The translations under genes were made by a program, and so were the position numbers. A DNA stretch of 64,000 bases. Origin: Macrostomum lignano (taxonomy: Eukaryota). Under the pieces are notes generated by a model. It was not told where the DNA came from, did no database searches, and saw nothing but the letters and a program-made list of their open reading frames with translations. The DNA is taken from contig NIVC01001843.1 in the NCBI GenBank assembly GCA_002269645.1, positions 62,001 through 126,000 of the forward strand. Reading direction: 5' to 3'. Within the stretch, counting starts at the first letter, position 1; each line of letters opens with the position of its first letter. Positions 47,001 through 58,101 of this stretch are shown one piece after another.

Positions 47001-50000
47001 CTGGCCAGCATTCCAGTAGGCGGCGCAATGCTTTCTGAGCAAATTTCGGCGGCTCCAAATCGCTGTCGGGCATGCCGCCAGAGTCTGGATTGGATTGATG
47101 ATGCTGCTGATGATGATGATGCTGAGATTGAGAATGATGATGATGCGGATGATGATGCAGCATCTCGTGCTGTTGCTGCTGCTGGTGATGATGCTGATTA
47201 TGAGCGGCCGCTGCTGCTGCTGCGGCAGCTACGGCAGTGCGTGCCCGAGCTGTGGCCAGAGCAGATGAAGAGCTTCGGCTGCTGGGATGCAGACTGGGCC
47301 TGTACTGCTTCTGCTCGTTGAGCTGGCGGCCCACAGTTCGAGCTAGGAATAGCAGGATTGGCTCGCCTCGCTTGTTCGGCAGCAGGACAAGGGAGGGCAT
47401 GGCGAGTAGCAGGCGGTCCAATAGAAGCGATCGATCGTGCTGAGAGCCGGCGATTAGGGATCTGCGGAATAGGGCGCAACGGTGGGAGATTATTATGCAT
47501 GATAATGGGATAATGATTGATGAAGATGGGATTAGTATATACACACATGGGATGGGACAGATTAGCACACTTACTTGCAGCGACATTTTTCCCAACAATC
47601 GCAATAAGCAGTCGGAGAAGTCCGTTTCAATCGGCAATCGTGACCTTTATGACAGACTCTGGCGCACTCGGTGCAACAGCAGAACGTGTGCATGAGGCCG
47701 CAGGTTCTGCACTCGAATATGTCCTGATTAATATGCGACGGCCCGGTCCAAGTGAAACTGCAGGTGTCGTTCATGCACAGTACTAGCAGAGGATTATCAT
47801 CCGGACCGCTGCCAGGCGGATAAAGCATATTAGCCAGCGCCAATTCGTCTCGCTGAGCAATAGAATTAGTAGCCACATCCAGCAATAGCAAAGCAGAATC
47901 GTAGGCACGCAGTGATACGGCCAGCATGAATGGTGTCAGACCTTCGGCATTCTTAGCGCTTAATAGGCTGGGCAAATGCGGCTGCACAGCCGGACAATGG
48001 CACAGCAGCAGTTCGAGCACTTCTCTACGCCTGATAGTGGAGTCGTCAACTATGGGAGCGAATTGCCAGGTAGGCCCGGAGTCCGAGCCTCCGCCGCCTC
48101 CGCCGCCGACATTCGACGACATTGACGATGAGGAAGACGAACCAGCTGAAGCAATTTCTCCCGGCTGCTTCAAACGGAGATCTTCCGCTTGCTGCTGCTG
48201 CTGCTGCTGTTGTTGTTGATTGCTAGAGCTGCCGCCGCGGCGTAGAAACGTCTCGGTGACCTGTAGTTATTTAACATAGAATATGCCCTCGTTTGTCTAC
48301 TCATTTCTAGTAGTAGTATGGTAAACATTGCGGCGAACAAACAGCTATCAAATGAGAAATAAACAGGCTTGAGTAAATATCCAACTTAAACTGTGGATTT
48401 CAGTATGCAGATCTCTAAGCACGGAAATCTCATTCCTATTCAGTGCATTTAAACCTGGACAACTCATCCTTCTTCAGTACATGTAAATCTAGACCCAAAA
48501 ATCTCAACCCTTATTCAGTACATCTAACCCCGGAAATCTCACCCGTTACTTAAAGATACAGGTCTCTAAACCCGAAAAACTTACCCCTACCCAGAGATAC
48601 AGGTCCTTAGACTCGAAAATCTCACTCTACTCAGCATATGCAGATCTCAGAATCCGGAAATCTCACCCATACCCAAAGCTACAGGTCTCTAAACCCAGAA
48701 ATCTCACCCCCTACCCAGAGATACAGGTCCCTAAACCCGGAAATATCACCCCTACCCAAAGATACAGATCCCTGAACTCGGAAATCTCATCCCCTACCAA
48801 GAGGTACACGTCTTTAAACCCGGAAATCTCACCCCCTCCTTAGAGATACAGGTCCCTAAACCCGGAAATCTCACCCCCTCTTTAGAGATACAGGTCTCTA
48901 AGCCCGGAAATCTCATCTCAACTTGAGAACTTGCAACTCATCTCTTACTTATTAGAGATCTACCACCAGCATAGTGATAAATGCACTTACAGAAGACGAT
49001 CCAATTGGATTCCAACTGCCGCCGCCTCCGCCAGCCGCTGCCGAGTCGGCCGATGACTGCTGCGACTGCATACCAGCAGCTTGAGCAGAATTAGCCGAGC
49101 TACTACTATTAGCACTACTATGAGTAGCCATAGAATGCTCAGCATGATTAGAAGTTGGCGCGGTGACGCTAACAGCCAGATGAATAACATTCCTGCCGCC
49201 GTCAATTCGTTCGTTCAGACAGGCGGCCGCCAACCGGTCCGGCCATTCGATGGCTAACCGTTGCAATTTGGCAACATCTCCGCGCAGTACATGCGGAGTC
49301 ACTAGCGGGCATGCGAACACTAATAGACTGAGATGATAGGTTGGCGAATTGCTAGATGATGAAGAATTGCCGGACATGGCAGAGGCTGCGCCTCGACTAG
49401 CAGCGCCGCCTCCTCCGACGCCGCCTGACGATTGTACAACAGTCTGCAATGCGGCCGATTTTAATGGCGGCAAATCTGGCCAAAACGGCGTGGCCGCAGT
49501 GTCTTTGCCGGCGCGCAGTAAAGGATAAATTGTAGCACTGCCGTCTCTTATTAGAAAGCATTTGTCTGTGCCGGCTAGCAGTTGCATTGAGGTGCCAGGC
49601 GGACTGAATTGGCTGGCCGGTGTGAGTAAGCGGACTGCGGACAGCAGGCGACCCTGGTGGGGACGAAGGGGGGGGGGTAGAGAATTAAGCAAATCAATAT
49701 ACGATGGAATATATATGAAAGTACTCCGAAGATGGGAAGAGAATAGTTACCCATCAGTTGAGGAGACTGACCCACAAGATGGGGAGACTGATCCACAAGA
49801 TGGGGAGACTGACTCACAAGATGGGGAGACTGACCCACAAGATGGGGAGACTGACTCACAGGATAGAGAAGACTGACCCACAGCATAGGGAAGACTGACC
49901 CACAGGATAGTGAAGACTGACCCACAGCATAGGGAAGACTGTCCCACAGCATAGGGAAGACTGTCCCACAGCATAGGGAAGACTGACCCACAGAGAGGAC

Positions 50001-53000
50001 TGACCGACCAGTTAAGGAGACTGACCCACAGGATAAGGAAGACTGACCCACAGGATAGGAAGGACTGACCCACAGGATAGTGAAGACTGACCCACAGCAT
50101 AGGGAAGACTGTCCCACAGCATAGGGAAGACTGACCCACAGCATAGGGAAGACTGACCCACAGAGAGGATTGACCCACCAGTTAAGGAGAGTGACCCACA
50201 AGACGGGGAGACTGACCCACAAGACGGGGAGACTGACCCACAAGACGGAGACCGACTCACAAGACGGGGAGACTGACCCACAAGACGGAGACCGACTCAC
50301 AAGACGGGGAGACTGACCTACAAGACAGGAAGACTAACCCACAGGATAGGGAAGACTGACCCACAGCATAGGGAAGACTGTCCCACAGCATAGGGAAGAC
50401 TAACCCACAGGATAGGGATGACTGACCCACCAGTTGAGGAGAGTGACCTACAAGACGGGAAGATTGACCTCAATAAGGGAAGATTGACCTACAAGACAAG
50501 AAGACTGACCCACAGGATAGGGATGACTGACCCACCAGTTGAGGAGAGTGACCCACAAGACGGGAAGATTGACCCACAGGATAGGGATGACTGACCCACC
50601 AGTTGAGGAGAGTGACCCACAAGACGGGAAGATTGACCCACAGGATAGGGATGACTGACCCACCAGTTGAGGAGAGTGACCCACAAGACGGGAAGATTGA
50701 CCCACAGGATAGGGATGACTGACCCACCAGTTGAGGAGAGTGACCCACAAGACGGGAAGATTGACCCACAAGACGGGAAGATTGACCCACAGGATAGGGA
50801 TGACTGACCCACCAGTTGAGGAGAGTGACCCACAAGACGGGAAGATTGACCCACAGGATAGGGATGACTGACCCACAGGATAGGGATGACTGACCCACAG
50901 GATAGGGATGACTGACCCACAGGATAGGGATGACTGACCCACCAGTTGAGGAGAGTGACCCACAAGACGGGAAGTCTGACCTATTGAGACTGAACGCTAT
51001 ATTTCCCAAAAGCGTAAATACGCACTCCCATACAGTAAGCATACCTGCAAACTGTGAGTCTGCTGGCAGACCCGTCCGCCTTGTCTTAACAACACGTGCA
51101 GTTGAGTATTCTCAACAGCCACAGCCAGTACATCGGAGCCTCCAACGCCGAAACCAGTGGCCGCGGACACAAGCGGCACGCGTTTCGGTATCTTCTGATA
51201 GAAGTCCGGCACCCTGGGACAGCCCGGGCCTTTAATCACCGACAATTCGTCGCGTTTCAATAATCGACAATCTTGTAAAGGATTATTAGCGGCGCCGCTA
51301 CTAGCGGAACCAATTGCACCGATGCTGCCAACGCTAGACAATTCCTCCATTGACAGGGTCGACGATGAGCCGGCAGCGGCAGCAGCAGCCGCAGCCGCAA
51401 ACGCAGCCGCTGCGTCCTTTAAAAATCGAACGGCAACAATATTACCGTCAACTTTCAACACCCGACCAACTGGTTGGCTTCGACCATCTTCAACAAAGAT
51501 CACATCAGATAAGAACCATTCTTCTTCTTCTTCTCGTTCGGCTTTCTCTTTGGCGTCGCGCATAGGAGTTGGGGCTTTCTTGCGCTTGAACGGGCCGGGG
51601 CTGACCAGCACGGGGCCGCTCTGATCGCTGCACGTGCTTGACGCCGGACTAGGCGGCGGCGGCATGTCGAGCTTATCGTCGCGTTCTCTCTGCTCAGCCG
51701 CCTGCTGCTGCTGACCTTGACGTTGTTGAGCAGCAGTTGTCGATGTTGAACTACTGCTGCTAGTGCCGCTGCCGCCGCTGTTGCTGATACCGCTGATTGC
51801 GGCCGCTCCAGCCGCTGCAGTTGAAGTCGCCTCGAGAATATCTTTGGCGGTTCGAATTCGAAACCTGCGAATATGTGATCAGGTTTTGATTGTTTTGCCG
51901 ACTCCCCTGAGCAGGCGCACAAGCGCGCGGATACGTACGCAGTCAGACGCACAGGCACACACTCACACAGGAGTGTACAGGGACCCTAACTTTATTTATC
52001 GTTGGGGATGTACACTTCACTGTGCCTTGGGGGGTTGGCCCTCAAGGCCGTTAATTGCATGAGCAGAGCCAAGCCGAGGTTACAATTGGTAAATGGTACC
52101 TAGGCCAAGAAGCTTTACAGAGTCGTTTTCGAGTCATTGCAGGTAACGCAGGTAAAATACGAGTAGGAAAGAAATAACTCTCTAGACGACTTAATTGGGG
52201 CGTTTTATTGTCTGCGACTTTAAAACCCGACTCTGGGGCCGTTAAGTCTTATCTGAGGCGTGCTTGAGTCCCTGTAGAATCACAAGAGTTGCGTCTAAAG
52301 CGCATCGGCGTCACTTTATGAACTAGTATCAAATTTCGCATACAAGAGTCGCTAGGGTTGTTTTCAATTACTTTTCAGCGGTCTAAATTTGGTAACGTTC
52401 CAAATTTAGGATAACAAAACTAAGTTGATGTGTCTCACAACCATACATGAGCAACCCCCTGATTTACACCGGCCGTGCAACTTACTTTTTGACCAAATAA
52501 ATGCGACTTACCTATGAAAGAAAGCTAAGCAAAATTAACGTAATTTTGGGTAAACAGCAGGAGTAACCATGACTGTATTATAAGGGTAAATGCCTCGTCA
52601 TCTCAATTAGTACTTTTTTGGGTGGGCACTTTTGCGACTGAGCTTGGCTGGGCCCTCGCCAGCCGGTCGGGTGTTGCCGCATGTATGTCACTAACAAACC
52701 CTATGCCTAAAAAACTATTGATAAATGAATTTTTCACCTGCAGCTGTCAGTCAGAGACCAAGCGTCCTCCAGCAGTACGCCAATTTTCGGTCTGGGACCT
52801 TCGCCGACACGAAATCCGACAGCGCCGGCGTGAAATATCGGCGCCGATTTCATGCAGACAAAAGCGCCGGGGTGAAGATCGCGACGTTCGTCGTTTTGAT
52901 TAGCGGCGGTGTCGTGTTGCTGCTGCTGCTGCTGCTGGCTGCCGGAGCCAGTAGTTGTCTTAGTTCCACTGCTACTGCCGCATCTGCCGGTGGAAGTCTT

Positions 53001-56000
53001 CTTTCGAGCTTTCTCGATAGCTTTTCGGCGACTGCTGAATGGCAGGACACCCCTGTGGAGAGAGACAGAGTGATTACGGATTAAATGTGGTCAAGGTGAA
53101 TTGAGGTCACACGGCACGATGGGGTCATTTTATAAAGATCATGACTGTAGAAAGGATGATGAGGCTATAAGATGAAACGATGAGGTCATACAAGAGCATG
53201 AGGACATACAGCTCATGGAAGATGTCATGTCATATAGAACTCGTTGAAAGACAGCGAGGTCATACAGGAACACAATAAGTGAAGTCATAAAAGAAGGCGA
53301 CGAGTAAGGTCATACAGGAACACGATAAGTGAGGTCATAGAGGAGCACGATGAGTGACTCAGAGTGAGGTCATACAGGAGCACGATAATTAAGGTCATAC
53401 AGAAACACGATGAGTGAAGTCATAAAGGAAAGCGATGAGTGAGGTCATACAGGAACACGGTAAGTGAGGTCATACAGGAGCACGATGAGTGAAGTCATAA
53501 AGGAAAGCGATGAGTGAGGTCATACAGGAACACGGTAAGTGAGGTCATACAGGAGCACGATGAGTGAGGTCATACAGGAGCACGATGAGTGAGGTCATAC
53601 AGGAGCACGATGAGTGAGGTCATACAGGAGCACGATAAGTGAGGTCATACAGGAGCACGATAATCGAGGTCATACAGGAACACGATGAGTGAAGTCATAA
53701 AGGAAAGCGATGAGTGAGGTCATAGAGGAGCACGATGAGTGAGGTCATACAGGAGCACGATAAGTGAGGTCATACAGGAGCACGATAATCGAGGTCATAC
53801 AGGAGCACGATGAGTGAGGTCATACAGGAACACGGTGAGTGAAGTCATAAAGGAAAGCGATGAGTGAGGTCATAGAGGAACACGGTAAGTGAGGTCATAC
53901 AGGAGCACGATGAGTGAGGTCATACAGGAACACGGTGAGGTCATACAGGAACACGATGAGTGAGGTCATACAGGAGCACGATAATTAAGGTCATACAGGA
54001 ACACGAAAAGATTAATACAGGAAGACAGAATGAGATTATAGATCCTGGAAGACGATGAGGTCATATAGCAAGACAGAGCGAGGTCAGTCATACAGGAAGA
54101 GATGATGTCATATGAGCTTTAAAACTGCATGATAACAAAACTAAGCAAGTGGCCATAACAAACATCACTCACCACCAGTAGATATCGCCGCTGGCACATT
54201 TAGCAGCCGTTAGCAGAGACGAACAATAAATGGAGACAACTCGATCGGTTTGAAAATCCGGAAACAGATGAGCCGGATGCTCCAACCGGCTAGCAACCGG
54301 GGCTAAAGCTTCGTCCATAAATGTAGCAACCCGGCCATTGTCAGTGAGCACAGAACAGCGAGTTGTATGAGCGGCTAATGAAACAATCTTCTCCTTGTCC
54401 AAGCCCAGGCCAACAGCACGGGGATGAAACACTGGCGGGTCTCCCGGGCAATAGTAGGGCTCCGGCTCCGACCAGCGCCATTGGTGCAGAGCTCCATTAG
54501 AAGATACGGCAACTAATTCTGTGTGCATTGCCGCGATTTGAACGAATTTGTGCACGGAACCGTCTCGATCTACCCAGTATTGAAGATCTTCGCCGAACTG
54601 GATAGGAGAGCCACTGCTAGACTGGCCGCCTGAACGGTGAATGACATTCCAGGGTTGATGTGAAAGTGATGATAATACGAGAGAAAACAAAGTACTTTTA
54701 GATTGTTTCATTATACTTTTACATCTTCCCCATCTCTCATCTTATCATCTCCCTTCCGATCTTATCATCTCCCATCCAATCTTATCATCTCCCATCCCAT
54801 CTTACCATCTCCCATCCCATCTTACCATCTTCTATCCAATCTTGCCATCTCCTATCAAATCGTACCATCTCCCATCCAATCTTAACATCTCCCATCCAAT
54901 CTTATCATCTCCCATCCAATCTTATCATCTCCCATCCCATCTTACCATCTCCCATCCCATCTTACCATCTTCTATCCAATCTTGCCATCTCCTATCAAAT
55001 CTTGCCATCTCCTATCAAATCTTACCATCTCCTATCAAATCTTACCATCTCCCATCCAATCTTAACATCTCCCATCCAATCTTATCATCTCCCATCCCAT
55101 CTTACCATCTCCCATCCCATCTTACCATCTTCTATCCAATCTTGCCATCTCCTATCAAATCTTGCCATCTCCTATCAAATCTTACCATCTCCTATCAAAT
55201 CTTACCATCTCCCATCCAATCTTAACATCTCCCATCCAATCTTATCATCTCCCATCCAATCTTATCATCTCCCATCGCATCTTACCATCTCCCACATCCC
55301 ATCTTACCATTTTCCATCCAATCTTACCATCTTCCATCCAATCTTACTATCTCCCATCCAATCTTATCATCTCCCATCCCATCTTACTATCTCCGACACC
55401 CATCTTACCATCTCTCATCTCATCTCCCATTCATTTTTTTATATCTTACCCCATTCCTCTGACCAACCTAAAATCCAACATCTGTTACAATCTTTAATAC
55501 AATTTATACGAATCATTACAATTGCCAACTCTAACTCTGTTGTACCTCGAAATCTCAAAACCACAAAACCACAAGAAAATTGAAGACCCAAATAGCAAAC
55601 TAACCAGTGATCTTAGCCTTCTGCTGCTGCTGCTGCTGCTGCTGCATAGCGGAATCAAATTCCGCATTAAGCATCACCGTCTCCATTCGTCGGCGTTTCG
55701 TACCAGCTCCGCTGCCGCCACCGCCGCCGCCTCCGCGACCTCCTTCGGCTCCAGACCACGCGGCCAGCACAGCCTCAGAGGATGGCTGCATTCTAGCCAC
55801 TCGTTCGGGCAGCAATTGAAACGCCGTCATATCAGGCGGCAATCTGCGCCTCAGACTGGCGTAATAAACATCGTCGGGAAAGACGGCGTCGCCTTCGTAC
55901 ATCAGGCCGGACTCGCCGCTGCTCAAGCCGGCATCTAGAAGGCTCATGAGATCTTCGGGATCTTCGTCCCAATCTAGATCGTCGTCAGCTTCGTCGTCTT

Positions 56001-58101
56001 TTGATAATAAATTATTAACGGCCATGTTAACGTCTAGATTGGTGCGCTGCAGTTCGCGTACAATCAATTGGCGAGATTTGCCTTGTAGTACAGCTTGGCA
56101 TTGTTGCACCAGAGATTCGGGCACGTCCTGCGCTGGTACCACCTGGTTGTTTGGGTTGGTGAAAATTTATGTAATATCCAAATTCCAATAATAGATTTAC
56201 ACCTAGTCTTACCTGATAATCTCACCTAGTCTTACCTGATAATATCACTAAGTCTTACCTGATAATCTCACCCAGTCCTGACCTGATAATCTCACCTAGT
56301 CTTACCTGATAATCTCACCTAGTCTTACCTGATAATCTCACCCAGTCTTGACCTGATAATCTCACCTAGTCTTACCTGATAATCTCACCCAGTCTTGACA
56401 TGATAATCTCACCTAGTCTTACCTGATAATCTCACCTAGTCTTACCTGATATTCTCACCTAGTCTTACCTGATAATCTCACCTAGTCTTACCTAAGATTA
56501 CCTAGTCTTACCTGATAATCTAACCCAGTCTTGACCTGATAATCTCACCTAGTCTTACCTGATAATCTCACCTAGTCTTACCTGATAATCTCACCCAGTC
56601 TTGACATGATAATCTCACCTAGTCTTACCTGATAATCTCACCAAGTCTTACCTGATAATCTCACCTAGTCTTACCTGAGATTACCTAGTCTTACCTGATA
56701 ATCTAACCCAGTCTTGACCTGATAATCTCACCTAATCTTACCTGATAATCTCACCTAGTCTTACCTGATAATCTCACCTAGTCTTACCTGATAATCTAAC
56801 CCAGTCTTGACCTGATAATCTCACCTAGTCTTGACCTGATAAGCTCACCTAGTCTTACCTGATAATCTCACCTAGTCTTACCTGATAATCTCACCTAGTC
56901 TTGACCTGATAATCTCACCTAGTCTTACCTGATAATCTCACCTAGTCTTGACCTGATAATCTCACCTTACCTGATAATCTCACCTAGTCTTACCTGATAA
57001 TCTCACCCAGTCTTGACATGATAATCTCACCTAGTCTTACCTGATAATCTCACTTAGTCTTACCTGGTAATCTCACCCAGTCTTAACCGAACAATCTCAC
57101 CTAGTCTAACCTGATAATCTCACCTAGTCTGACCAGATAATCTTACCTAGTCTTACCAGATAATCTAACCCTTAACCGAAAAAACTCACCTAGTCTCACC
57201 TGATAATCTTACCTAGTCTCAACCGAACAATCTTACCTAGTCTCACCTGATAATCTCACCTAGTCTTACCTGATTATCTTACCAAACCTGGCTTTATAAT
57301 TTCATAGTATTCTCTGATAATCTCCTATAGATTATCATAGATTATCTCGCATCAGCTGTCTCACCTATAATCTTAGTTAATATTTCTAAATCTTTATCAA
57401 GCAGATTTATTCTGCATACCCCCTATGAATCGTGATTTATCTTCCATACATAAAATTAGCAAGCACAAGAAACAGTCCAGTCGCTCACCGATCGACCAAT
57501 AATAACGCCGCTACGCCGCAGATCTCTAAGCAGGCCGCGACCTCGACTACCCGACAGAAACGTCGGTTGAATAACTCGGCCTCTGGCGGCCGCGGCCGCC
57601 GCCGCTGCAGCCATCGACGATGACGAAGATGATCCGTCAGGATCAGCCGAAGACGGTCCCGGCCGATTGCTGCTCGACGAACTGCTGGAACCTCCACCGC
57701 CACCGCTGGCGCCACCGCCGCTGCTGCCACCGCCAATGCCGAAGACGTTCAGTTTGATATCGTAAAACGACTTGTTGTTACTGCCGCTGCCTCCGCCGCC
57801 GCTGCCTCTCAACTGGGAAGACAATTGTTGATGATGCGAATGCTGACTATCAGATTTACCGCCTTTCTTGCCACCGCCACCGCCGCCGCCACCTCCTCCT
57901 CCTCCACCCCCACTAGTGCCATCGCTTCGATCGTTAGCAGCCAGACTGAAAGCTACTCGACAGACTCGACCATCTTCGAACAGGAAAGCCACGTGACTGG
58001 GCCCGACAACGGCTTGAACAATGGCTGAATTTAGCAAAGCAGCTAATGGCGGAGGATTCGCTAGGCCTTGCTTGGCGATTTTATCCGATAGCTCGCGTAG
58101 A
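22755..58101 (-). CDS. UBR5: E3 ubiquitin-protein ligase UBR5 / hyperplastic discs (UBA, UBR-box, MLLE/PABC, HECT), about 3030 aa; first coding exon not located
   Basis: Exons (minus strand) 58101-57489, 56142-55605, 54629-54173, 53052-52738, 51864-51045, 49653-48991, 48260-47575, 47461-45232, 44501-44148, 43590-42763, 30741-30367, 27866-27496, 25843-25534 and 23285-22755; all phases are compatible. Motifs: [18 protein letters not shown]; [31 protein letters not shown]; UBR-box CSFTWTG...[16 protein letters not shown]; [14 protein letters not shown]; HECT catalytic [16 protein letters not shown] and C-terminal GFGFV. Confidence 0.96.
23490..24598. mobile_element. Non-autonomous DNA transposon, CMC/EnSpm-like, inserted into a minisatellite
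   Basis: Perfect 9-bp TIRs CCCGTTGGA (23490) and TCCAACGGG (24598). 3-bp target duplication TGA at 23487-23489 and 24599-24601. Subterminal blocks are rich in aggtgcac/gtgcacct motifs. No transposase ORF. Confidence 0.75.
24599..25362. repeat. 20-bp minisatellite (gatgactcaagtgactctgg); continues at 23444-23489 on the other side of the insertion
   Basis: Tandem units read directly; about 25 contain TGACTCA. Confidence 0.95.
26396..27474. repeat. About 30-bp minisatellite (atgagtcagttcccctgacacgatccccaa)
   Basis: Tandem units; about 27 contain TGAGTCA. Confidence 0.95.
27934..30105. repeat. 33-bp minisatellite (ctgggaaatctcaccctagtagatctataacaa), about 65 copies
   Basis: Highly homogeneous tandem array; source of the spurious 337-aa [11 protein letters not shown] repeat ORF. 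Confidence 0.97.
30905..31020. repeat. Short array of about 22-bp units (gacctactgaagggggtcagga)
   Basis: About 5 copies. Confidence 0.75.
34217..34930 (+). CDS. Four-transmembrane protein (MS4A/CD20- or tetraspan-like topology), nested antisense in the UBR5 intron; 237 aa from the first ATG
   Basis: Open frame 34115-34930 with four hydrophobic segments: [57 protein letters not shown] and [18 protein letters not shown]. Acidic tail ends in TSL. Confidence 0.72.
   Translation: MICQPSSSSAAAAAAAIGAGVASTSASTMTTPLTSSSRHRRQRQPQRWGWRQRFTSPDHFVFNAFIILVLASGLIVIESFQFFFCYLANLDCLDLYGSPPAAVLYGSGLIIGVYLLLPGVLCLIAARRAPGVIETAMWTCIIGILLVIILLATTVFEVSQYARLVTRTTTDRGKHSINLLMCLACITLAGVQLAFLAMETCVCRASLNCQRKGYQMANNDVPAEDRFNYDEDGPTSL
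39060..39965. repeat. About 34-bp minisatellite (ttttagcgccacggacaaggttttagcgctac)
   Basis: Tandem units containing AGCGCT palindromes. Confidence 0.95.
40600..41015. repeat. 36-bp minisatellite (gatccagtacaagactgtacaggtacatatgtacaa)
   Basis: About 9 exact units plus degenerate flanks. Confidence 0.95.
41405..41612. repeat. 33-bp minisatellite (gctgagatgccaaggctcacgagtgggggaatt)
   Basis: About 6 copies. Confidence 0.9.
41837..41919. repeat. Compound microsatellite (CTG)n(GA)n(GT)n
   Basis: Read directly. Confidence 0.95.
42330..42697. repeat. G-rich 18-bp minisatellite (gagggtgaggggcaggca)
   Basis: About 18 units; source of the RVRGRQ repeat ORF. Confidence 0.93.
43753..44090. repeat. (TCTG)n microsatellite
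   Basis: Read directly in a UBR5 intron. Confidence 0.96.
44598..45145. repeat. 41-bp minisatellite (tcttctacaggtaacagtaatcttattcaaggactccgaag)
   Basis: About 13 copies. Confidence 0.95.
48400..48925. repeat. Degenerate minisatellite of about 43 bp (ggaaatctcaccccctacccagagatacaggtccctaaaccc)
   Basis: Tandem degenerate copies in a UBR5 intron. Confidence 0.85.
49758..50985. repeat. Compound minisatellite built on a gactgacccaca core (21-bp units and higher-order units)
   Basis: Constant core with a small set of recurring linkers. Confidence 0.93.
52442..52687. mobile_element. MITE with CATACATG termini (hAT-like)
   Basis: Left end catacatgagcaac and right end gttgccgcatgtatg. Flanks tcacaac and tcactaac resemble a degraded 8-bp TSD. 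Internally homologous to 61085-61370. Confidence 0.6.
53150..54100. repeat. About 25-bp minisatellite (gatgagtgaggtcatacaggagcac)
   Basis: Tandem units with higher-order variants. Confidence 0.92.
54715..55450. repeat. Pyrimidine-rich minisatellite of about 20 bp (atcttaccatctcccatccca)
   Basis: Tandem degenerate units. Confidence 0.92.
56199..57285. repeat. 23-bp minisatellite (acctagtcttacctgataatctc), about 45 copies
   Basis: Tandem units; on the UBR5 sense strand the unit reads GAGATTATCAGGTAAGACTAGGT. Confidence 0.96.

Noticed and set aside
45239-48219. Many + strand ORFs overlapping UBR5 exons
   Set aside because: Shadow frames of GC-rich, triplet-repeat coding sequence.
49562-51235. 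CRISPR-like look of a constant gactgacccaca core with variable linkers, and the ORFs over it
   Set aside because: The linkers recur rather than being unique spacers, the context is a eukaryotic intron, and there are no cas genes.
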